This document shows, in pieces, positions 50,155 to 61,400 of a stretch of 64,000 bases of DNA (its first letter is position 1; each line of letters starts with the position of its first letter). Made by a program: the position numbers and the translations under genes. The DNA comes from Bacteroidales bacterium (GTDB lineage Bacteria; Bacteroidota; Bacteroidia; Bacteroidales; WCHB1-69): NCBI GenBank assembly GCA_031553535.1, contig JAVBLM010000001.1, positions 129,600-193,599 of the forward strand, read 5' to 3'. The notes beneath the pieces are model-generated. The model did no database searches, had not been told where the DNA came from, and was given only the letters and a program-made list of their open reading frames with translations.

Positions 50155-50460
50155 AGGTTTCCTTGTTATTCGAAGGCATAGCTCCATGTTGTTTTAAAGA
50201 AGTCCATAGGCACTACAAGGTTGGGAAAGGGATATTCATTCTTGTTTAAAGATGTCCCAAGGCTGGGAAAGGGATTTTCATCTTTGTTTGGAGGTGTCCC
50301 AGAATTGGGAAAAGGATTTTCACTCTTATTTGAAGGTGTCCCAAAGTTGGGAAAGGGGTTTTCATCCTTGTTTAGAGATGTCCCAGAATTGGGAAAAGGA
50401 TTTTCACCCTTATTTGAAGGTGTCCCAGGGTTGGGAAAGGTTCATGCAGCTATTACAAGG
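50155..50460. repeat. Tandem array, about 7 units of exactly 42 bp, two hairpins per unit
   Basis: TGGGAAA recurs at 50222, 50264, 50306, 50348, 50390 and 50432, with one or two degenerate units to the left. Unit: tgggaaagggattttcatctttgtttggaggtgtcccagaat. Hairpin TCCCA-gaat-TGGGA. Confidence 0.9.
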
Positions 50461-50575
50461 GAAAATAATACAATATATCTTTAACCTCCTATCAAAAAGA
50501 AATATATTCCGGTCATTATAGGACTATCTTTGCATCAACTTTTGATAATTTTATTACAAGTATTTAATATTTGTT

Positions 50576-50583
50576 TATATTTG
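50576..50583 (+). promoter_or_regulatory. -7 promoter box (TAtaTTTG) upstream of the TPR-LuxR regulator gene
   Basis: Exact TAnnTTTG match 27 nt upstream of the ATG at 50610. Confidence 0.35.
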
Positions 50584-50609
50584 TATTTCATATTTTCGAG
50601 AACATTATA

Positions 50610-52286
50610 ATGATAAAATCATTTTTCTTCAAAAAAGCTATCTTATTGTTATTGATGCTATTTCCGATTATCGGTCAAGGAAATAATAATCGCTCCTATT
50701 GTGAAGAACTTCTTGAGCAGTCGAAAAAAGAACGTATTGAGGGGAATTATATAAAATCCATAGAACTTCTCTCCGAAATTAAAGTGCTTTCAATAAATAA
50801 TGACTGGACAGATCTGCTAACGTATGCCCTCAATATTGAAGGTACTATCTATATGGATTTATTGGATTATCAGAAAGCAATGGAATGCTTTCTATCCGGC
50901 TATGAAATCGCTATAAAACAATCCTATAAAACGCAGCAAATAATGATATTGAACAATATCTCGCAGATATATTACATTAATAATGAAACAGACAAAGCAA
51001 AAGAATATCTTGATAAAGCATATGAAATATCCGAACAACTACAAGACAGTGCAAAACTAGGAATCGTGAGCATGAATCTGGGTGTAGTTTTCAATAAAAC
51101 CGGGGATCTCAACCAGGCGGAAAAATATCTGGATATTGCTATCAAATTGTCAAGTAAAGTAAAAGATACGATAACATGGATCGCATCAAAAGTAATAAAA
51201 ATAGAGAACCTGTATCTGAAAAAAGAATACGATAAGGCAGAATCACTGGCACTGGAAATTCTGGAAGAGACCCAATCTGAAATGGATGATGATCAGAATG
51301 CACAGTGTTTGCTATTGCTTTCCCAGATCCACGACCAAAAGAAAAACTATCCCAAGGCCATTTCATATGCCCGTGAAGCACTAAACAATCATGTTAAGTT
51401 AACACTAAAGATCGAAATCTATGAACAATTATCAAAATTATACAGGAGTAATAATGCTCTGATTTTAGCTCTCGACTATCAAGATTCTTTATCCATAGCG
51501 AAAGATTCGTTAATGAAAATAAATGATATGGCACAAGTGGCCAATAATCAAATACGCTTCGACCTGATTAATTCTGAAAAGGAATTAGCAGAAAATAAAG
51601 CAAAACAAAAGACGGAACGAACCTTCTTTATCTTTGTTGTTATTTTTATGATCATACTTTCTATTATCGCTATATGGATATACCGTATTAAGCTGGAAAA
51701 AAATAAGCAACAAAAGATAATCGCAGAGAATGAACAAAAGATCATAAAGTTAAAACTGGAAAAAGAACAAAACGAACGTTTATTATTAGAGCAACAATTA
51801 AAAGAACAAGAAACGCTATCATTATTGGAACAAGAAAAACTAAACAATGAAATCGATACAAAAAACAGACAACTTGCATCGAAGGCCTTATTCCAATCGA
51901 ACAGAAATGAATTGATCAAAGAAATTATCGACACCTTTTCCAATATTGTATCAAACAAAGTAAAAAACGATGTACTTGAGTCAGCTATTCAACAATTGAG
52001 ACTGCAACTAAAGGAATCTGCGGAATGGGATGGTTTTTTAGTCTATTTCGAGAAAATCAACCCCCTGTTTTTATCATCCTTAAAAGAGAAGCATCCTACA
52101 CTCAATGCCAGTGAAATCCGGTTCCTTTCCTATATTTACCTTAACCTGGACACAAAAGAAATTGCCAAACTATTAAATATTACCCCGGGACATTGTAGAA
52201 AAAAACGGTTACGGCTTGCCAATAAGATGCATGTATCCATAGCTGAATTATACAGCTACCTGATAAATGAAATAGATTCAAATTAG
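50610..52286 (+). CDS. Membrane-anchored one-component regulator: signal peptide, extracytoplasmic TPR region, TM helix, coiled coil, LuxR-type HTH
   Basis: MIKSFFFKKAILLLLMLFPIIGQG. TPR-like repeats over ~300 aa. TM helix TFFIFVVIFMIILSIIAIWIY. Coiled coil KLEKEQNERLLLEQQLKEQE. C-terminal LNASEIRFLSYIYLNLDTKEIAKLLNITPGHCRKKRLRLANKM. The track start at 50571 is TTG. Confidence 0.8.
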   Translation: MIKSFFFKKAILLLLMLFPIIGQGNNNRSYCEELLEQSKKERIEGNYIKSIELLSEIKVLSINNDWTDLLTYALNIEGTIYMDLLDYQKAMECFLSGYEIAIKQSYKTQQIMILNNISQIYYINNETDKAKEYLDKAYEISEQLQDSAKLGIVSMNLGVVFNKTGDLNQAEKYLDIAIKLSSKVKDTITWIASKVIKIENLYLKKEYDKAESLALEILEETQSEMDDDQNAQCLLLLSQIHDQKKNYPKAISYAREALNNHVKLTLKIEIYEQLSKLYRSNNALILALDYQDSLSIAKDSLMKINDMAQVANNQIRFDLINSEKELAENKAKQKTERTFFIFVVIFMIILSIIAIWIYRIKLEKNKQQKIIAENEQKIIKLKLEKEQNERLLLEQQLKEQETLSLLEQEKLNNEIDTKNRQLASKALFQSNRNELIKEIIDTFSNIVSNKVKNDVLESAIQQLRLQLKESAEWDGFLVYFEKINPLFLSSLKEKHPTLNASEIRFLSYIYLNLDTKEIAKLLNITPGHCRKKRLRLANKMHVSIAELYSYLINEIDSN

Positions 52287-52336
52287 CTTCTCAGAATTAA
52301 TTTAAATCACTAAATTTCAAATAAAAACACAATAAT

Positions 52337-52372
52337 GTCTCGTTTTTGCTCGTTATTGTCTTGTTTTTGCTC
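52337..52372 (+). promoter_or_regulatory. Direct repeat TGTCT(C/T)GTTTTTGCTC x2 (20-bp period) upstream of the second giant gene
   Basis: tgtctcgtttttgctc (52337-52352) and tgtcttgtttttgctc (52357-52372). An imperfect inverted repeat tttgtaaaga-n13-tcttttacaaa follows at 52408-52441. Confidence 0.3.
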
Positions 52373-52452
52373 TCTTATATAAATAATGGAAAAAGATTTT
52401 TTCTCATTTTTGTAAAGATATTCTTATTAATCTTTTACAAATTTTACGTGTT

Positions 52453-55400
52453 ATGAAAAAATGGATGTTTTTATTACTGGTAACTTTAATTTCTCTACAA
52501 GCAAGCTATTCTCAAAATGTTTCTTATGAAAGAGAAAATTTTGATGGAAACAGTATCAGCTTTGTTTCTCAACCTTCCTCGTCATGGAGAATTGACAAAA
52601 ATTACTATGTAAGTTCTCCTAATTCTTATCGAGGTGTTGTCCCCAATAAGTCAGGAGACTCAACGATTTTAACCTCTCCTCCTTATGATTTTTACACGAA
52701 TGGTTATTCCAATATATTACTTCGGTTCAACCATATCTGCAAAATATCTCCCCGGGATATCGTCCGGATAGAATATAAGATTCAAAATCAAGGCTGGCTT
52801 CCAATACCGGCAACTGCTTATTTGGGAAAAGCCGCCAATTATATAACCACCGGATTCAATGCCGCCAGCTATACTCAATGGCAAGCCAACGATAGTACAG
52901 CCCTTCCTACAAACAACTGGTGGAAAGAAGAAACATTTGACCTGGGCTTTTTAATGGGATATGCCCCTAATGCTCAAATCCGGTTTATTATAAAGCACGG
53001 CAGTACACCCGGAACACAAATTTCATACGGGTGGCTACTGGACAACATTGAGATAACTGCTTCCACTTATCTGGTTCGGGATCCTATTGTAGAATTTATA
53101 GGTAGTGTTGTAAAGGACACCGTTAACAGTACCGGGCCTTATACTATAAATGCAAAAGTACAAACCACAACAAGTGCTCCAATTAAGACCCCTTTCCTGA
53201 CATATACATATACTTTGAATGGAGTATCTACTACAAATTCCATCGAAATGGATCCTGTATCCGGGGATTCTTTATGGAGAGGTGTTTTACCTCAAATTGA
53301 AGGAGGAAGCACTGTTTCGTATTCCATCACAGGCTATGATACAAATGGGAATAATGCAACAGTACAAGAGCGTTATTTCATTAAGAAACCCTCCGGCAAT
53401 GATAGTGTTTCAGTTGCATTAACAAGCATAAACTCTCCCGCGAAAGGAGAAAACCCAGTAGGGGCTACCCCTGTAACAGCTACATTCCGTAACAAAGGTG
53501 ATTCCACGTTAAGAGCTGTGGAGATCAATTGGAGTTTAAATGGAGTGTTGCAAACAGTACAACCTCATACCTGGACAGGGGGTCTACCCTGGGATTTTGA
53601 ACATACGGAGCAATTAGGCACCTTCAACCCTCGTTTAAGAATGTCGGATACTATTGTTATATGGGTAAACAATCCCAATGGCATACAAGACCCCAAGCAT
53701 TCGGATGACACCTTATCCATTATTACTTATGGTTGTCCAGTAGATGTATCGGGCAGTTTCCCTGTAGGGAAGAACAGTGAATTCAAAACGATACAGGAAG
53801 CTTTTAACTCTTTTCAAAAATGCAGCCCTACCGGAAATATCACCCTCGAACTGGAATCCGACACGATCCGTGAAAACTGGGATTTCTCCAATATCAATTC
53901 TTTTATGAATGGATACATGCTGACGATAACATCGTTAAAACATCACAGGGATAGTGTCGTTCTTCGTCCAAATACAGGAGGAATAGGTATAACATTGGGA
54001 AATACAAGAAACCTTACATTGGATGCGATTACAGTTGATGTTAGCCATTTAATTCCTCAGATTCCTGTTATGATGAATGTATATGCTATCTATTTCAGTA
54101 ATACATGTACCAACATTATCATTAATAATTGTAATATAAAAGCACACAAAACATCTAACTCAACTAATATACATCCAATCTTTAAAGGAAGTACAGGGCT
54201 TGCAGACAGTATTTATATAACAAATAATATCTTAGATGGAGGATATTCGGGATTTACTTTTCCCGGTGGAAATACAAATCAATATGGAAAGAATATAGTT
54301 TTTGACAGCAATACACTCACTAATCAGTATTATTATGGAATAAATGCTTCTTATACCGATTTTAAAAGCATATCCAATAACACAATTCTTAGCAGGGAAG
54401 CTGCCAATTTCAGCGCAACATGGATTGCCATATATATGAACAATGCCAACGGTAATATTACAGGGAACCGGATCCGGCAACGTAATACATCAAACATTAC
54501 CAACCCGAGAGGGATTTTCAGTTATTACCATAATTATTACTTTACGAACGACACCGCGCTTATTGCCAACAATGAAATTATAATTTATACAACCGGAGAA
54601 TATGAAGGAATACAGGTAAATTATTCCCGTTCGAAAATCATACACAATTCCATATATGTAAAAGGATCCGGATCTTCAAGAGGGATTTACATCAATGAGC
54701 CCGGATATGTTAATATCCATGTTATCAAGAACAATAATATAATTATGGAATCTGCTGCTGCATACCCTATCCAGATTTCAAAGGCAACAAATATAAGGAG
54801 TTATGATATAAACAGTAATAACTATTATGCTCCGACTTATATTGGAAATATAGGAGGAACAGGAGGGGATAAACTAACAATGGATGCCTGGCAAAAGATG
54901 GTTACAACAGACGTGAATTCCGTAAGAATCCGAAGTTCTTTCATAGACAGCACCAAAAACCTGAAGATGCGTGACTATACGGGACTGGAATGCAAGCCTC
55001 TTCCGGAAGTACCTAAAGATATTGATAATACACCGCGCCTGGGATTAACAACGATGGGTTGTTACCATTACGATCCGATGTATACGGTAAATGCAAGATT
55101 AACAGACCTCCAGGGATGGAGGGAAGGAAACATTTCGGGAGAATCCGATACGGTAAAAGTATTACTGACCAATACAGGAGCAACTCCTTTGACAAATGCC
55201 AATTTAACATGGATATTCAATGGGGCAGAAACAACAACAGCATGGTCGGGAACTTTAGCCAAAGGGGAAAGCACTACTGTCACATTAGGGAAAATAACCT
55301 ATATCTCGGGTAATTATACAATAACCGCCAGAATAGATAACTTGGGCGGCTCTTTGCAAGACGATTTTTTACAGGATGACACTACTTCCGTTTCAATATT

Positions 55401-58400
55401 TGTATGTTCATCTATATACAGTACAGGAATATATACTATCGGAAAAACAGCAAGTTCTTTTACATCGGTAGAAGAAGCTATTAAGAAGCTATCTCTTTGC
55501 GGAGCAAACGGAGACATTACACTGGAAATAAAAAACGGTACATACGCCAACACCGTCGACCTGACCGGTATTTCTTCTTTGTTAGGGAACAATAAATTGA
55601 CCATCAAATCCCAAAGCGGAAACCCCGGAGATGTTATTCTACAAACAACCAATATCGGATTTACATTAGCACGAAGCAATAACATTGTAATAGATGGCGT
55701 AACAATAGATGCAAAGGGAGGAATAGTAGGCATACAGTTTTTAGATACATGTACAAATGTTGTCATTCAAAATTGTATATTATTGGTTGATACAACCGTC
55801 ACATCCAACAAATATGGTGGGATTTATAAGCCCAGTATTGCCAATGTTGCAGATAGCATCTTTATACTAAATAATATTATAGAAGGAGGGCATTTTGGGA
55901 TCTGGCTTTATGGTGTCAGCTCAAGTGTCTATGACAGTAATATTTTTATAACCGGTAATGCTATCTCCAAACAATCACATTATGGAATTTATTTATATTA
56001 TACTGATTTTAGAATTATATCAAACAATATAATAACAAGCAGATTGTCCAACATAAATACTTCATGGACAGGAATAAATACTTCAAATACGAATGGAGAC
56101 ATTATTGCAAATAAAATAAAACAATTAAACAGGGCAATATCATATGCAGTAGGAATAAGTCTTTCAAATCATAATAATAACAAAACGGAGTTAGCGCTGA
56201 TTGTAAACAATGAAATAAATGGTTATGTGGGAAATGGTTATGCTGCATTAGCTCTTTCAAGTACTCGTGCCGATATTATACATAATTCTATATATGTTCG
56301 AAGAGTTGCAGGTTCAAAGGGTATTGGTATAAGTGACGGAACCAGTAATCGTCTCAATATTAAAAATAATAATATTATAATGGACACTACGGGTACCTTC
56401 CCTATCTATATTAATGGTTCTTCAAATGCAGCTTTGTATAACTTTGAATCTAACAACTATTATTCGCCAAGTTACATAGGATACGCAGGTGCAAATAAAG
56501 TAACAATGGAGCAATGGCAAGATGTGTTCTTTACAGATATTAATTCCGTAAAGGTTCGTCCTACCTTTATAGACAGTACTATTAATTTAAAATTCATAAA
56601 TTATGACAGTGTAAAATGTCCTGTTTTGTCAGATGTTGATACCGATTTGGAAGATAGCATCCGGGCAGGGGCATTTACAGCAATGGGATGTTATCATGGA
56701 TTTGCACCTTTTTCGAAGAATATTAAACTAACGGAAATCCTTAATTGGAATGAAGGGCCAGTCTATGGAACAAATGATACGGTTAAGGCTGTAATTATAA
56801 ATACCAGTTTATCCTCTTTCTTGCCACAAACTATTAATTGGTCTTTTAATGGAAATTCCAGAACAGGAGTTCCATCAAACAAGACATTGGCATATGGGGA
56901 AAGGGATACCATTACGTTAGGAATAATAAATTACGGTTTGGGACATAATATATTAACTGCATGGATCGATAATTCTCAGGACAATTATCTCGAAGATGAT
57001 ACGATACTGGCAACAAGTTATATATGTTCTACAGCCGGAATTAACGGTACTTTCACGGTAGGAAAAACAGGGGATTTTAAAACCATAAATCTTGCACTAC
57101 AACAAATAGAAGACTGCGGAGTAAATGGAAATATTATACTGAAAGTACAACCCGGCCTGTATGTTGAAGACATAGACTTAACTGACTATGCTTTAATATT
57201 AGGTAATAATAAATTGACGATTACCTCTACTACAGGAAATGCTGAAGACGTTGTTTTTAAAACACTGTCAGTGGGAATGATATTGTCCCAAAGTAATAAT
57301 ATCGTTATAGATGCCATTACAATTGATGCAACAAAAGGGAAGTTTGCAATACAATTTAAAGGCGCTTGCACCAATGTTGTAATTAGTAATAATATTCTAT
57401 TAGCAAACCTAACTACAACTTATAGCGATTATAATCCTATACATAAAGGTAGCAATACAGGTGTAGTTGATAGTATTTTTATTGTAAATAATGAATTAAA
57501 CGGAGGATATATTGGTTTTAATTTTATTGGAGGAGTAGCTTCGACCCTTGGAACAAATGTGGTTTTTGACAGTAATCGAGTTTTCAATACACATACTTCG
57601 GGAATATATCCGCAATATACTCATTTTACCAGTATTTCGAATAATACCATATTAAGCAGAACGGAAAATACAATAACCAGTACATGGTATGCAATGCGTT
57701 TTGAAAGTTGCAATGGCCCCATTACAAATAACCGGATAAAACAACAAAGTAATGTGATTGCACAACCTTACGGAATATATCTTAATAATTATAGTATCAA
57801 TTCAACAGCAGATACTGCATTGATTGCCAACAATGAAGTCATGCTTAATGTTGCAACAGGTACAACAGGTGGCATATATACAAATGTTTCCCGTACAAAA
57901 ATTATCAATAATTCCATTTACGTATCCGGTGCTGCTGCAGCAAGGGGAATGTATATTGCTAATGATAATAATAGCCGTACTGTCGCAAAAAACAATAATA
58001 TTGTTGTGGCATCTTCTTCTGCATATCCTATTTATCTGAATTACGTAACCAATATGAGTTTATGTGATCTGGATTACAACAATATGTACGGCACCGGATA
58101 CGTGGGATACTGCGGAAGTACCGGAGGTGCAAAAGCCACCATAGATGCCTGGCAACAATTTGTTACCAGTGATAAGCATTCAGTGAGTGTTTATCCGAAT
58201 TTTATTGATCTTACCAAAAATATGGATCTATTGGATAGTGTATTGAGTTGCCCTGTATTTGAAAATGTTACAGAAGATATAAATAAGAATACTCGTGTTT
58301 CTCCCAACACTACAATGGGTGCATATCAATATATAGGTACAACACACGATGTCCATCCTGTTGAATTTGTAAATTTATCTCCAACTTATCCGCTTGGAAC

Positions 58401-61400
58401 GCTTATTCCATTGCAGGTTGCCATTACAAATTCCGGAACCGATACATTAAAATCAGCTTTGATCAGTTGGACTGCCAATGGAGTATTACCATACAAAGTA
58501 CAACCCTGGCAAGGAAACCTGGCACCGGGAGAAACAGAAGTCGTTCCTGTAACAACAGGTAGCCTGACACTTGGAGCAGGAAATACAGACTTAATATTAT
58601 TCACCAGTATGCCTAATAATGTTCCGGACACGAGAACATTTAATGATACGTTGAGAACCTCTATCTATGCATGCGACAGTATGCTTAACGGGACATACCT
58701 GGTTGGTACCGGAGAAGATATCGAAGATTTAAAAACCGTTTTTGAATTATTATCCAAATGTGGAATTGATGGAACCGTTACGTTCAAGCTAACTCCGGAT
58801 ACCTACACATGGAATCAAAATATAGGGACATATCCGGGAGTAAATTATTACAACAGGATTATCTTCACATCATCCACTTCAAATGCCGGAGATGTAACTA
58901 TACTTTCTACAGGTACCGCTTCCATGACTTTAAGCCAGGCAAAATATATTACCCTAAAAGATATTACTATCGGTAATTCATCCGCTGCCGTAGCTTTACG
59001 TTTCTCCGGAACATGTAGTGATATTGAAATCAATGGCTGTATTATTTCAGCTAATCCGACAACAACAGTTGCCACATCAAGGGCTATTGAGTATGTCGAA
59101 ACATACGGGAGCGGAAACAAACTGGATAATATCCGAATAGTAAACAACACAATAAACGGCGGATATTATAATGTATATTTTGATTATCCCGGCAGTTCGG
59201 AAAATGCCGTGTCGGACATTACTTTTGATAACAATATATTAACGAATGCATATTCGTATGGTTTCTATTCGAAGAACTGGGGATATTATCGCAGTATTTC
59301 GGATAATACAATTAAAACACGAAATGCAAATACTACTCAATATGGTATATATGCAGAGGCCAACACAAATATTGATAATTTGAACCGGAATAAAATACAT
59401 CTGTATGGAACATCCAATTCCAATGGTATTTATTTATCCGGGATTAATTCCTCTACATATCTGACAAGATACAATGCCCAAATAATAAACAATGAAATAA
59501 TTATTTCAAGTGCCGGAGGCAGCAACCCCAGTTACGGAATATCTACATCCAACACTAATGCAACCATGTTCCACAACTCTATCTATTTGCAAGGAACCGC
59601 CGGTTGCTACGGATGGAATATCGCTTCAACCGCGGCTACATATTCCCTTATCTCCAAAAACAATCTATATGTAACCAAGACAACAGGGGCAGGCTATCCT
59701 CTTTATGCAAGCAATGCCACCTTTGTAACAACGGCAGGAGGGACAATTTCAGATTACAATAATTATTACACCACAGGAACAAATATTGCTTTTATTGGAT
59801 CTCCTGTAGCAACACTTGCCAATTTACAAACCGCAACGGGGCAGGATGCTAACTCAACAAACAAAGAACCGGTATTTACCGATGTTACCAAAAGTTTGGA
59901 AATTGCAGATGCGGCAAATATAATATGTCCTGTCAATCCGGTTGTATTATCTGATATCAGAGATGTTTTACGTGTTGATTCAACCAACATCGGAGCATAC
60001 GGAATTGCGTTAAAGAAACTGGATGCTATGGCCACGGAGATTATTCTGTCTTCCGACCAGAGCACCCCTACCCTCAAAATTAAAAACACAGGAAAGGACA
60101 CTATTAAATCAATAGAAATTAATAGTTTGTACAACGGAAGAGTAAAATCACCTGTATCATGGAATGGCTCCATTGCTTCCATGGAGGAAGTATCGATTGT
60201 TTTGGATACAATTATGGCCGACCCGGATTATAATACAATCACTGCGTGGATCAGCAATGTAAACGGTGGAGGATTGGATTCCTTACAGTTAAATGATACT
60301 GCAAGTACTGCATTCTATCTATGCCAAGGAGGGTTAGCCGGAATATATACTGTCGGGAATTCAGGCAAGTTTAAAACGATTGATAATTTTATAGATGTGA
60401 TAAGCAAATGTGGAGTAAGTGGAGCTATTACTTTAGCATTTGAAGATGGAACACACAATATAACATTCGATGTATCGTCTATCTCTACCATATTAAACTC
60501 TCACCCATTGACTATTACTTCCGAAAACCAGGATTCTTCTTTAGTTAAGCTTATCGCGTTGAAAGATGCGGTTATATTATTAGGGAATAATACAAATGTT
60601 ACAATTAAAGATCTGACGATAAATGCGAAACAAGCCAAATATGGAATACAATTTACAGCAGCATGTTCGAATATTGTCATTGACAAATGTGCTATATTGG
60701 CAAACCCAACAACAACACAGAATAATAGCTATCCTATTTTTAAAGGAGATAAAACAGGTATTGCGGACAGTATCCGTATTACAAATAATCTTCTTGATGG
60801 CGGCTATACCGCATTGTGGTTTTATGGCGGAATTGACAATAATACATACGGAAAAAATATAGTCCTGGACAGTAATACGATAAGCAATCAATCCCATTAT
60901 GGAATATATCCGCAATATGTAGATTTTTTCAGTGTATCTTATAATACGGTTTTAAGTAGAACTGCAAACATAAATACAACATGGATAGGATTGCGAATGC
61001 AATATGCAAATGGTCCCGTTATCGGCAATAGTGTTATCCAAAGAAGTAATGACATAACACATCCAACAGGTATTTACGCATATTACTATAATTATTATCT
61101 TGCCGGCAACAACATAGGTCGCATAATAAACAATGAAGTTATCTTGAATACCACAGATATGCAAAGCGGGATAGAAATAGGTTACTCTAATGTTGACGTT
61201 ATCCATAATTCCATATACATAACAGGAACAGGAGCTGCCCGTGGAATTACAACCCGTGCTGAGATTAATAACCTGACTATCAAAAACAACAATATAGTAA
61301 CAACAGCGACCAGTTCATACCCTATCAGTATTACAAATAGATTGGTATTAAGACCTAATAATATCGATTATAATAACTATTACGCACCTACATACATCGG

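Noticed and set aside
50221-50521. Track ORFs 50221-50484 and 50252-50521 encoding GKGFSSLF..VPELGKGF repeats
   Set aside because: Two overlapping frames are open through the same 42-bp array directly after a strong terminator. This is a periodicity artefact rather than coding.
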